A stretch of DNA of 59,941 bases, the filler included, from Globobulimina sp. (Eukaryota): the NCBI GenBank assembly GCA_003354225.1. It is 13 parts of 13 records of this genome, joined end to end, with 100 filler letters (N's around TTAATTAATTAA, not from the genome) between each part and the next. Parts side by side here need not be neighbours in the genome. Positions count along the whole stretch, not along the records: positions 23,123 to 27,642 come from PIVH01001169.1; positions 27,743 to 32,262 come from PIVH01001170.1; positions 32,363 to 36,879 come from PIVH01001171.1; 10 more parts are not named here. One strand, written 5' to 3'. Position numbers and translations under genes: made by a program. A model generated the notes under the pieces. That model was given only the letters and a program-made list of their open reading frames with translations, did not search any database and was not told the origin of the DNA. This document shows, in pieces, positions 23,338-35,300 of this stretch (positions within the stretch are counted from its first letter, which is position 1; each line of letters opens with the position of its first letter).

Positions 23338-24885
23338 TTAATCATCAACAATTTGATCATCATCATCTTCACAAATACTCGACGGCGCAGAGGCTTTGAT
23401 TAAAAAATTGTTACTTTGCTGTGTACTCAATTTCCAAATGCCATTTTCTGCGGCTTGCCTTATCGCATCACTGTCAATTCCAAATATTAACATATTTGTC
23501 CATTGCCGCGAAAACTGAACACTTCCTCGTAAATCTACATTGTATACATGCAAATACAATCGATCATTCTCATTAAAATACATAAAACTAACGTACCTGA
23601 ATCGCATTTCATATAAAAATACACATCCCAGCATTTATCCCAATCCTTCCCCGTATTTTCTATCTGCGCACCATAATATTTCCTACATATTGCAATTACA
23701 AATTGTCCATCAACGCAAAATCGCAGACAGATATAGAGAGACAACAGAACTTTGCAAATATTGGGCATTGGACAGTGCCGCACAAATAATATATAACCCC
23801 TGTCATAACCACCTCGTGATAGGCAAAATATATCTCATTAATCGCATTGATGTTCATTGTGGGATAAATATCGATGTTATTACCAATGGTCCATCTATGC
23901 TCAACAAGCGATAATTTCTCTAAAATGCTTCGAAATTCCTGCGATTTCCATTGTTTGTTGCGATTTTGAGGCGCAATATCCGTATATTCCACAATTAGAG
24001 AGACGATATGGTCGTTGCTGCCAAATGGAAAGATGTCAATTAGCGCTTTTTTGCAAAGTGATTCACGCGTTGTAAATAATGCATTTTCATTGGATGCAAA
24101 ATCAGCAAATAAATCCATCGATTGCCGCTTGGAGACACTATTTATTTTCTGCAAATTTTCTAAATCCATTCCGGAATGTTGCTGATCGAAATTTTCTTTG
24201 CTCTCATTTTCGAAATCTAAGATTTTATTTTTTAAGTCAGGATAACATGCATTGAGTTGTTCAATTAATTGGTAAAAGGTCTCATCGATGTCCTTATCAT
24301 TACAAATCACACAATCAAAGAAATTGGGATTGTTTTGTAAAAAATCAAGCTCTTTTTGCGCAGTTTCTAATCTGGCCTGTATTTTTTGATTAGATTCTGT
24401 TTGTTTTTCAATTAATCTCTTTTTTAATGTACTTAAACCATTCGATGTGGTAATAAATAAATAATTACATTGCATTTTGGCACTGTTTTGTAATATCTCT
24501 GCACCAAAAACATCAATTTCTAAGATGCAAATTAAATTTTTATCACTTATATCATTTATTGCTTTAATTGATGTGCCGTAATATTCATTGTCATATAATA
24601 CATATTCGACGAATTTATTGTCTGCAATATCAATTTCAAATTGTTTTTTGTCTGTAAAATAATAATCAATTCCATTTGTTTCCGCGTTTCGTGGTTTACG
24701 AGTTGTATGAGATATTGCTACGGCAAATGTATCACTTAATTTTAATTGTAACCGTTGAACTAGTGATTTTATGCCAACTCCTACAATATTATTACAATTG
24801 ACATAAAAATAAATAATATGCATTATATGTATACTGAGTCTACACTATACTCACCTGATGGTCCACAGATAACTGTCGGTTTCAT
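23338..24885 (-). CDS. Guanylate-kinase-like domain fused to an unknown, frame-disrupted C-terminal region
   Basis: Exon 1 MKPTVICGPS, intron 24781-24854, then GVGIKSL, SHTTRKPR..E.NGIDYYF, YYGTS and ILEIDVFGA. The tail is spread over three overlapping ORFs. Confidence 0.8.
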
Positions 24886-25264
24886 GATACTCAGCTCAGT
24901 GTACTGACAACTTTTAAAAAAATGTTCTGGAAAATCGTTTGATTGGAATCAATAAAATCCCAACATTGTTCCAATAATTTATTCTTTGATATTCTCTTTT
25001 TTGGTACCAATGTCTCTTTCCACAGAAACGGTACGATTTGTTACCTTTTGTTAACAAAAAGGAACGAACAAGCAAACACAGTCAACACAAACGAAATCAT
25101 TTTGTGTTTTCTAACACGTCCTATTCTAAAGTACATATTTCAAAACAGACACATCAATCCGGTGTATGTAATAAGTAATATAACAAAACACATAATATTA
25201 CAAAACACCACAATTTGTATGAAATATATAACACAAAATAATAATAATATATAATATACAATTT

Positions 25265-26410
25265 TCAATTTAAGATGGCGATATTATCACCAATTGTAAT
25301 GGTAATAGTTTGATCTAATTCATCTAAATCCATTTTATTTTGTTGTAATGGATCGTTGGCTAACAATGACGGTTCAATAACTTCAATTGACGGAAGAGTC
25401 TGCGAACAAATTGCTGGACTTTCAGTACATGTGTTTGCCGCACTTTCTCTATATGTACTTGATGTTTTTGATGCTGTTTCGTTTTTCTGTTTGCTATGTC
25501 TCAAATCGGAATGATTTCTTTGAATCTTCAACATATTTAAATTTGTAAACGCAGCATGCACTCTGGAACAATATTTCTTATATTTTCCATCATTCCACGC
25601 AAATAATAAATAAATGCTTATTGAACTGATTGTGCAATCAATGACAATCCAAAGCATGGCCGACGGCATCCACTCACCGGGATTCGTTAAATAATTAACA
25701 ACCAATGTTGATGTAAAACAAATGAACGATGAACAAATAGCAATTGGTACCAACAAAGCATGCTTGACAACCACAAAAAATATATCTTCATCAACGGAGG
25801 CACCACTTTTGTGTGATACTTCCAATAATAATTGAATTTTACTAATAAATGCAAGACAAAGTGCTAATGACAGACCAAAATATAAAACTACCCAAATCCC
25901 AGCAATTATTGCAAATATCTCCCATCGTTCATACAAAAGAGCTAAACAAAAAAATACGAAAAATACAAGAAAAAATACAGATGAACAATATAAACATTTT
26001 GTAATAAATGGAGAATATCCAACGTCAGAACCTTTAAATGTTAAATGTGTTTTGATTACGAATAAAAATATCATGGCTGTTTGAGATATAAAATAAAGCG
26101 AAACACTGCTTTTTGCGAATGCTTCGGTGACAGCTAATTCGTGATTATGATCATCGGAGAGTAATACGAGTAATGTGCATATAAAAACAGCAGTAGCTGA
26201 AAATAAGAATAATATTGTTGTGGCTAAACTGAATATCATAATCAATTTTGAAACATTTACTTTTTTCAAATAGGGAATAATCTGCGTTGATAAAGAAATA
26301 TTCGTCAATATTAGAATGGAAACGCCAATAAACATTCCTGTTGCTGATAACCATTCGACTACTCTCGGTTCTGCTGATTCTCGAAATTCAAAATTAGAAT
26401 GATGTTCCAT
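25265..26410 (-). CDS. 7TM GPCR-like membrane protein
   Basis: Seven hydrophobic segments, a last helix WIVIDCTISSISIYLLF, then KYKKYC and a Ser/Thr-rich tail. Confidence 0.7.
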   Translation of the reverse strand: MEHHSNFEFRESAEPRVVEWLSATGMFIGVSILILTNISLSTQIIPYLKKVNVSKLIMIFSLATTILFLFSATAVFICTLLVLLSDDHNHELAVTEAFAKSSVSLYFISQTAMIFLFVIKTHLTFKGSDVGYSPFITKCLYCSSVFFLVFFVFFCLALLYERWEIFAIIAGIWVVLYFGLSLALCLAFISKIQLLLEVSHKSGASVDEDIFFVVVKHALLVPIAICSSFICFTSTLVVNYLTNPGEWMPSAMLWIVIDCTISSISIYLLFAWNDGKYKKYCSRVHAAFTNLNMLKIQRNHSDLRHSKQKNETASKTSSTYRESAANTCTESPAICSQTLPSIEVIEPSLLANDPLQQNKMDLDELDQTITITIGDNIAILN

Positions 26411-26583
26411 TGCTAGTCCAGTAAACGTTTTTGGTAATTTCTAACTTTGCCATTCTGAATGAAGACAATACGCACAATAATAAACCACAAACAAGCAAAA
26501 TTAATTGAGGCAGAGTTCAAAAACCAAACATATTAACGGGAATATACAAAAAATAAAAACAATCGAGTCAATGACAATTAATT

Positions 26584-27565
26584 TTATTCTTCACCAGTTC
26601 CAGATTCTTCATCAGCTTCTGGATCTTTGCCATTCCCCGCGTTTTCGTCCTGTCTCTCCTCCTCTTTTTTTTCAGCTCTGGCCACTGCGGCACCTTCATC
26701 TGCTTCATCAGCTTTTGCCTTTTTTGTTAATGCCACTTTGGCCTTTGCTTTTAACTTTTTTTTTGTATCCGCAGCAACTTCCTTCCCCGCCTCATCCTGT
26801 GCTTCTTTGGCTGTTTTGCCTGAATCCAAACCACTGGTTTGTTCCTCATCAGGTTCCGGTCCATCATTTTCTTTTTCGTCTCCGCCTTCCTGTGGTAGCC
26901 ACTCATTGTATGCATACGCATTTACATAATTATTATATGCCGTATATGCATTGAAAACCTTTCGTATTTTTTCTTGCTGTTTTGCCTGTTCTCCTTGTTC
27001 CATATTTAATAATTCGTTTTCATATAAATAATTTGCATAATTTTGTCTTTGTTTTATATAGTTTTTAAAGAGTTTATTATAATTTTGTTTGTATTGATTG
27101 AAATCATAATAATCCTGCAATGCTGATATTGCATATTCTAATTCATCATATAACTCATCATCATAATCATACTCATATTCATCGTCATAGTCATCACCAT
27201 ATAAATCATTATCATACAAATCTGCATATAAATCGTCCCAATCATCATCATCTTCATCTTCATAATCATAATCATCCTCATCCTCATATTCAAAATCATC
27301 ATCATATGCATATGCATAATCATCCTCATATTCATCATCGCCATCATAGTCATATTCATATTCATATCCATCGTCATTCCCGTACTCATCATCATATTCA
27401 TATTCATCATAATATTGCAGTTTTTGTGCACCGAAAATTGGATTGTTTTTCATATTGTTTATGTTGTTCATATATTGTTGGATTAATCGCCTATTTTGGT
27501 CAGTATTTGCATAATTTCCTATATTTCCGGGTTTCAAATGCTGATCAATGGCACCTATCATCACT
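26584..27565 (-). CDS. Asp/Tyr/Glu-rich acidic low-complexity protein (last exon)
   Basis: About 95-aa tract YYDEYEYDDEY...DDELYDELEY followed by an Ala/Lys/Glu-rich tail; an AG acceptor lies just upstream (TTCTATAG on the - strand). Confidence 0.75.
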
Positions 27566-27742
27566 ATAGAAATATTTTATTATTTTTCTCATTTGAAATA
27601 CTTAACTCGCTTTGATTAAAATAATGCATAAAAATATAATGTNNNNNNNNNNNNNNNNNNNNNNNNNNNNNNNNNNNNNNNNNNNNTTAATTAATTAANN
27701 NNNNNNNNNNNNNNNNNNNNNNNNNNNNNNNNNNNNNNNNNN

Positions 27743-30700
27743 ACAAAAATATGGTATAATTGAGTTATCGACATGTTGTGAGTTGGACACGTACAGCAAT
27801 TCATATTGCAATACAACATCATTAGACACGAATTTATATATTTTATATGAAAAAAAAGGACAAATTAATTTGTTAGAGACATCAGACGATGTAGATCCAG
27901 AAATATGTCAAAACGAACACAAATCGTTTCTAAATTTGGTTAATTATCCCAATGGACTATACATTATTGCTGTTGGTGGCTATGCTCAAGAAGCTGGGAA
28001 ATATCATCTAAAATTAAAATGTCAGAGCGATTCTTCAACCTATAATGGACCAGTAACAAATGAGTGGTTTAGAGAACAAATTATTTTAATACCAGAATTA
28101 CCAGAATTAGCCTGTGTTTTTTTTGATTGGGAGTTTGATTTCAATGCCACAACAATGGATGATGGGGTAAAAGTGGCCAATCAGTTTGCAACATCGACAG
28201 ATGCATACGATTTAGTAAAATATTATATGTTGAATATTACCACAGAAATGAAGCAAACGTTCAGCTCATCGTTATTTATAACAACTTGTTGCGCTTTTGA
28301 TGCTTGCGAGGCCTTATTTAGCCAATATACTACATTGTATGGACAAGATCTAAATAATACGGCGCTCGATGAATGTGATGAAAGCTTGTTTGAAGTTCTT
28401 ATCTGGGGCCAAAATGGGTTTTCATATCAAGATCATTGTACATCTGACTCAGTAGATACATATTTATATATTTTGCAAGAAAAACGGGGACAATTTAATT
28501 TGGTTGAAGCTGTAGATGACACTGTCAGCTGTAGCAACACACAGAAATCACAGATTGATTTATCAACCTATGAGGAAGGTGTGTACGTTGTCGCAGTTGG
28601 AGGATATGGAAAGGATTATGGGTCATTTTTTCTTCAGATTGACTGTATTCAATACTCCTGGCCAATGCCTGAAGATCAGGTTAATCCAACTAGTTCCAGT
28701 GCATTGTACTGCAATCAGTCGCTACCTAATGAGCTGACTACAGAGCAAAGACATGTTTCATATTACGATCTAAACATAACAGCAGATACGTACCCTCCAA
28801 TTGTCATAGTAACCCAACTTACCCAAGGTACCAATGTCGATGTTTATGTATTTAAATTGACGGACAATAAATATGAAATGCGATGTAGTAACTATACTTA
28901 CGATCCATTGTGTTATGTATATTATATGTACAATGATAGTGATACTATGGTGACTGAAATTTATCCGAGAAACGTAACAGATTTTGGTACGTATACTGTT
29001 GTGGTGCAAGGTATTTTTAACCTTCCCGTGGATTATTCCATCAGTACGATGTGCGGTGATCCTCCGACATATTCACCATCAAATGTACCTACTTTCCATC
29101 CCACTGTAGACCCAACGAGAGCACCTACGGCAACACCAACACCTGCACCAACTCTACGATATTCATGGCCAATTAAAAAAGCAGAATTTCTTATTCCAGA
29201 TAATGCACTTACATTAACATGCAATCAAAGGATCTCTAATCAGAGTGATACTGCCAACCATTTAGCTTCATATTATAGATGCAGGATTGTTTCAGAAATA
29301 GCACCAAGGTTTGTATCGACCTGTCCTGCTACGGAAACAATCGACGATACAACCTCAATATATGACACGTACATGTACATAATACAAGATTATGGAGACA
29401 TTATCACTGTTTTGGATGAATCTGATATAGCTTCATGTGATGACAAATCAGCAGAAATTGATATTAGTTCGTACAGCATTGGTGAATATGTGGCGGTTGT
29501 CCAAGGTTACGAGAACGCGTTGGGTAATTTTTCGATAGTCATGCAATGTACTGAGCCATTACCAAAAGTGTCCCGACAATTTGTGATGTCATTGGTATTT
29601 GGTTTATGCGGTTTGACTACAGTTTTATTTGTGGTGTATTACTGTTATCGGTGGAGAGAATATATCCGAAATAAACCAAAAATGCAAAAGAAAACGACAG
29701 CTCGTTCGCATACATTGCTTGCTCAAGAAGCAGATTCTGAATCTGACGGCGCAGCGAATGAAACAAATGTATCCAGCACAGAATTACAGCCAATTTCCAT
29801 ACAAACGCAGGAACTTAAAGACGAAAATGATGCGAATATTTTTGAAAACGCAGAAACGATACATTTCCATCACTCGCGTTTCAGTGAGTTGAAAATACGC
29901 CTATTTGATAACGATCGCAGCGTCGTGGAGCAGTTACATAAGGATGAAGATGTGGTGCAACTGGTATTGGCTCATGCGATACAATGTTGTGAGGACCAAC
30001 AAGGTGTCGATGTGTATCAATTACTGGCCATTCAATATTACGATCCAGAATCAAGAAATGTGCGCGGAGTGCGACCGTTTTATGCGATAGGGATTAACAC
30101 TGAATTCATTGTACTCTCACCCTTCTTCCAAACAGTATGGATTGGCAGTGTTTGTGCATTGGCGCAAACAATGGGTATTTCAATTGTTGTTTATAAGTTA
30201 TTCTATGCATATTTTGAACAATCTGAAGGATTTACAGCGGAGATCTGCGTAATGGATGCAATGAGATGGCGTAACGTATATTCACTTAAGATGTTATCGT
30301 TTTTATTGTCAATGGTGATCACTTTTTATATCGGCATTGTATTAACCAATATCCAGCACGCCGGTTTGTATGAGAGTTTGAGTCGTTTGGAGCCAAAACA
30401 TATGACTCGGATCAATGAAAAACACGAAGCGCATGAATTCCAAGCAGATAATCATAAAATTTGGTTAGGCGCATTATTTATTGGCCAGACCATCAATTAC
30501 TATGTATGTTTATTGGCGGTGATTGGCTCATATTTTATTATATTTTCGTCGAATAAAGGAGACCAATCGGAAGGTAACAAAATTGATTATTCAGACGCTG
30601 GATTGGATATGATTTTAAATGCGGTGGCATTGTTTTTTATGTTGGATTTGGACAATATGATGGTATCTGTACAGAATTATAATGATTGTAAGCAGCATTT

Positions 30701-30926
30701 GGAAGGGATTTTGGATGTTTATGCCGTGAATGAAGCAATAAATAAGGATTATGATAAAACCTATATTGACACTCATTGTCGATGTGTATGTGAATGTAAG
30801 TATAACAAAAAAACGTGTTGCTTAAATTCCGCATATAGGTTGGTTGCTATATTTTCCTTATTTGTTAAAATATGTTGTTATGGGGGTGGATTTGTAGCAC
30901 CCTTTGTTATATTTTTTTGTTGGTAA
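27743..30926 (+). CDS. Large receptor-like membrane protein: repeated PPC-like beta-sandwich ectodomains, PT stalk, TM, cytoplasmic linker, multi-TM C-terminal domain (5'-truncated)
   Basis: The pattern DTYLYIL...DD..C..KS.IDL...G.Y.VAVGGY...G.F.L...C recurs about four times; PTYSPSNVPTFHPTVDPT; C-terminal helices with DMILNAVALFFMLDLDN. Confidence 0.8.
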
Positions 30927-31001
30927 ACATTATTAGTATCAATTAATAATTTTTTAATTTTAAAAAAAACATTTTTGAAGTTCCGACACGAAAACTTGAC
31001 A

Positions 31002-32262
31002 ATGAGCTACAAGCCAAGAAAATCAGAGTTAAAAGAACTACAACAGCTTAAAGTACAGTTAAATATTTATCAAAAGAAAATTAACGGACAAAATGAGAAA
31101 TTAAAAAAAGCAAAAGAAAAGCTCGAAGCAGGCATGTTACATTAATTTGATTCGTATATTTTACATCAATATGTTCCACCAAATATTCAGAAAATAAAAA
31201 AATAACAATTGAAAGAAGAGAATTAGAAAAAGAAAGATTGCGATTTGAAAGAGACAAAACTTTGCAAGAAAAACAACTGTCAGCCAATTCCATGAGGAAT
31301 AACCGTTCAGGTTCTTCATCTTCGTCGTTACACAAAAATGTAAAATCAAGACAAGAATTTATGGAAATATCAAGAAAATATGAGAAAGAATGCAAAAAAT
31401 CATTAGATTTACAAAAGCAATTCGATGCGACAGCTGCTCAAAATAATGTATTAATGATCAAAGTGAAACATTTATCAGAATCTCTCAAAAAAAAAAGAGA
31501 GGACGATATCGATCCTCGTTTAAGACAGCTAAACATTGAAAACCGCGATTTACGAAAAAAACTAAAAGCAATGTTTACTACAATTAACAGTGAAAAAAGA
31601 TGGTACATTCGTTCTATTCAAATATTTAAAGACAATCAAAATAAATGGATTGAAAAACAACGAACTTTGTTTAAAGATAAAAAATTGATCATAAAATACG
31701 TTTTTTTGGATGATATTAAATCCATTAAACAATATAAAAAGGCACAGATCGATTCAAATAAACTGGAGTTTAAAAACGGAGTCACATTTAAAATGAGAAA
31801 CGGTGCAGAAACCACAAAAAAAGGTATACAAATTATAGTATCGGAGGAAAAAAAAGATGAAAACTGCGAGGATTTAATGGAGGATAAGTTAATGGATGAA
31901 TTAATGGCAGAGTTTGAAACAAATGACGATGAATATATGGAGGAAAATATGGACGCAAATATTGGAGCAAATCTGGCGGAAAATATGGACACAAACATCG
32001 GAGCACATATGGAGGGAAATATTAACAGTGGACAGTGGTTATTGAGTCAGAGTGCCACGGAAGAGGTGGATGAGAATGATGAGGTGGCGGAGTTACAGAA
32101 ACGTTTGGATGTGTTACAGAAACAGATTGAATCAAAAGATATTATGATTGGCGAAATGAAGAATAAGGAGGAGTTTAAAGAAGAACATAGTGCACAACAA
32201 AGGAAAGAGCTGAAAAAGAAACGTATGAGGAATAAATTGAATATTGTAATCTTACAGAAATT
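31002..32262 (+). CDS. Coiled-coil protein with a GC-AG first intron (3'-truncated)
   Basis: ATG at 31002; intron 31132-31190 (AG/GCATGT...TTCAG/) joins KLEA-ENKKITIERRELEKERLRFE in frame with ORF 31238; Lys/Glu heptads and a 12-aa repeat MEENMDANIGAN. Confidence 0.75.
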
Positions 32263-32362
32263 NNNNNNNNNNNNNNNNNNNNNNNNNNNNNNNNNNNNNN
32301 NNNNNNTTAATTAATTAANNNNNNNNNNNNNNNNNNNNNNNNNNNNNNNNNNNNNNNNNNNN

Positions 32363-35300
32363 CGGTAAACATGCCATTTCCTGCTGCTGAAGACATTGTT
32401 CAAAATGCTGAAATTTACGCTTCAAGATACAATCAGCATAGACACAGCCATACATGTTGGAAAAATAATAGGCCTAAATGTCGTATGGCCATGCGGCAGC
32501 CACAAACACCTGTTACATTCTTTACTGAAATTCATGAAACTTGTGATGGTGAACCAGTTCGGAAATTTCCTGGAAGTGGTCCTGGACATGAGATCATTTC
32601 AAATCCTCCGAATCGCGGTGATGGGAATATTTTTTCAGTACCAGATCGTCGTATAATTGTAGGTAGATTGGCTAGGCGTGACGAATGGGAACAAAAAACA
32701 GTAGAATTTAGCCCTGTTACAACTGCGTGTGTTCGTTGTAACACTTCCATACAAATTTTGATGAGTGAAAGCCAAGGAAAGTCTGCAACATTTTATTGTG
32801 CGAAATACATGAGCAAGACATTATATCCACTGCAAAAAATGCTTCCGTTATTAAAGCAAGCTGAAGAGGAAAACAGAAAATATGGCTCGAAAGCTATAGA
32901 TGATGGTGCACCAACAAGAAAAGCTAAGAATATTTTGCAGAAACTCGTTAACAAATCAGGTTTAATCGAAATATCAGATCAACAAGCAGCAGCTGGTGTC
33001 ATGAATTATCCGTCAGCTCTATCAAGTCATAAATTCTGTTTCGTATATCCTTTCGATGCAATCAAACACTATAATAAAGGAAACAACGACCAACCAAACG
33101 ACTCTGATGAAGAAATTACAGCATACTTGGAATGTGAGACAGATACTGGAAATGCTGTAGCCATTTCGAATTTTGAAAAGTATAGGAGTCGTGGAAAGCA
33201 ATTAGAAAGATTGTGTCAATTTGATTATTTTGCAAGAATCCAAATTCGGACCCCAAGTAAACGAAAGTCAAAAAAAGCAAATAAAAGTTCAGTCGGCAGA
33301 AAAGCAAATAAGATTTTTCCTTTTGAAACAGATTCTAAGGCATCCAAATGTTTAGAACAAATCATTAGCTCGGTTCCAAGAATACCTCGGATAGCTGGCA
33401 AACAGAAACCACCTAAATATCCAGGTAACAAACCACATGAAAGAGAAGAGAGACTGTCATGGAATGGTGATGCCAAAACATTTGTTGAGTTTTATACATT
33501 TTTGTTCTTACCACTTGATAAGAACGGAGAACCATTGGAACCATATGATAATATTTTGCCATGGAATGAAATAAGCTCATGGGACAATTTTTGGGTTGTG
33601 TTTAACGATTTTGAAGGTTCAAATTATTGGTATGAGCGTGCAAAATTTGGAATTTTTCAAAATATGGTTAATAACATGCGTCAATCTGATTATGAGAGAT
33701 CGGAGCAAAGATTGCGATGTACCTACTGTCCAGACAAATAAGAGAAAGCAGACAATTGAAACCGGTGAAATTGAAAGTCATGACGATCTAGATGCACTTG
33801 TTCAACAAATACGGATCAAATATGGTGATGATGGAGAATTATCTGTAAAAGAAAAAAACCTTAAAAAGGCAAATAGATTCTTAGGAGACCAAATGGAACG
33901 ATATGAGGATCTTGCAAAGACAGAAAGCAGACGTTTTCAAGCTTCAATGTTCAAAAAATTCACAATGGACGATTGTAAACAAATGTTAAAAGGAGATTAC
34001 ATTGAATTTAAGGAAGAAGATATTAAACATTATGATGAAGATGGAAAAATGCAAGAAAATGCGAAACAAGTTACAGATGATAAACAGATTTTATTGCGTG
34101 ATTTTCAAAAAAAAGTTGTTGACCAATTACAAGAAATGAAAAAACAGAAGGACCCTATGCCTGGCAAGAAAGACTATCAACTATTAGCATTCATTCAAGG
34201 TATACCTGGATCTGGTAAAACAACAACTGCATCTGTATTAGCAGATTATTTAGGCATGAGTGTTTTGTTTTCTGGGACAACAGGAACTGCTGCTGCGGAA
34301 TTAAAAGCTGATGTGATTAACACACTTCTCAAATTGGGAAAAAATTATAAAGATTTTGATGATACAAAAAAGGTGGCGTACTCAAAGAAACAACATATAA
34401 TGGGTGCTTTGCAAAATATCGATTTATTAGTTATTGATGAGGTAAGTATGTTAACTCCAACTACTTTAGCAAAAATTGATAAACATTTACGAGAAACTTT
34501 CGATGCGGAATATTGTTTTGGTGGAAAAGATATCTTACTAATTGGGGACATGTTTCAATTTCCGCCTGTTGATAAAGGTTTAACAAATCCGGCATTATAT
34601 CAAGCTGCTGTTATGTTGGGACTGGGTTTACGGATGCCTAATCAACGCTTTAGCAATGGTGCGTCTTTATTTGTGATGTTTAAAAGAGTTATTTTGGATG
34701 GACAAGTTCGAGCGACACAGGAATTTGATAAATGGTTAGGAAGATTAAGAAACACAAAAATTGAATATCCAATTACCAAAGAATGGTTATCGCATTTTCG
34801 AACTTTGACACGAGAAGATTTTAAAAATAAAGAGATTGACTGGACCAGCACTGGAATAGTTGTTTCTACAAATATTGAAAGAAGAAAATTCATGGCAAAG
34901 AAGATTATTGATTATGGAATTAAATTCAATCAACCTATCTTACGTTGGATATGTCCTGTAAAAACAGGAAAAAGTGGCAACAGAAACGTATATGGACAGC
35001 TTCCTTTTGATCCTTCAGAGCATGGCTCAGGTTGGTTCGATGAGTTGATTCGATACTATGCACGCGGAGCAGCATGTGTTTTGACAGAGACCATCGATAC
35101 AAAATCAGGTTTAGGGAAAGCAACAAATGGAACTTATATTGATGTTATTTGGAAAGAAGATGGATCAGATGAAGCAGTGCCTCGTTTAGACGATATGCCT
35201 ACTGGTGAAGTAACCACTGTCAGGCAACCAGATTATATTATTATTAAAGTTAAGAAAAAATACATTGCCATTAAATTAACAGGTAGATCAATGAAAGATG

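Noticed and set aside
27120-27569. His-rich ORF (+) and Met-rich ORF (-)
   Set aside because: Alternative-frame shadows of the GAT/TAT/GAA-rich Asp/Tyr coding tract.
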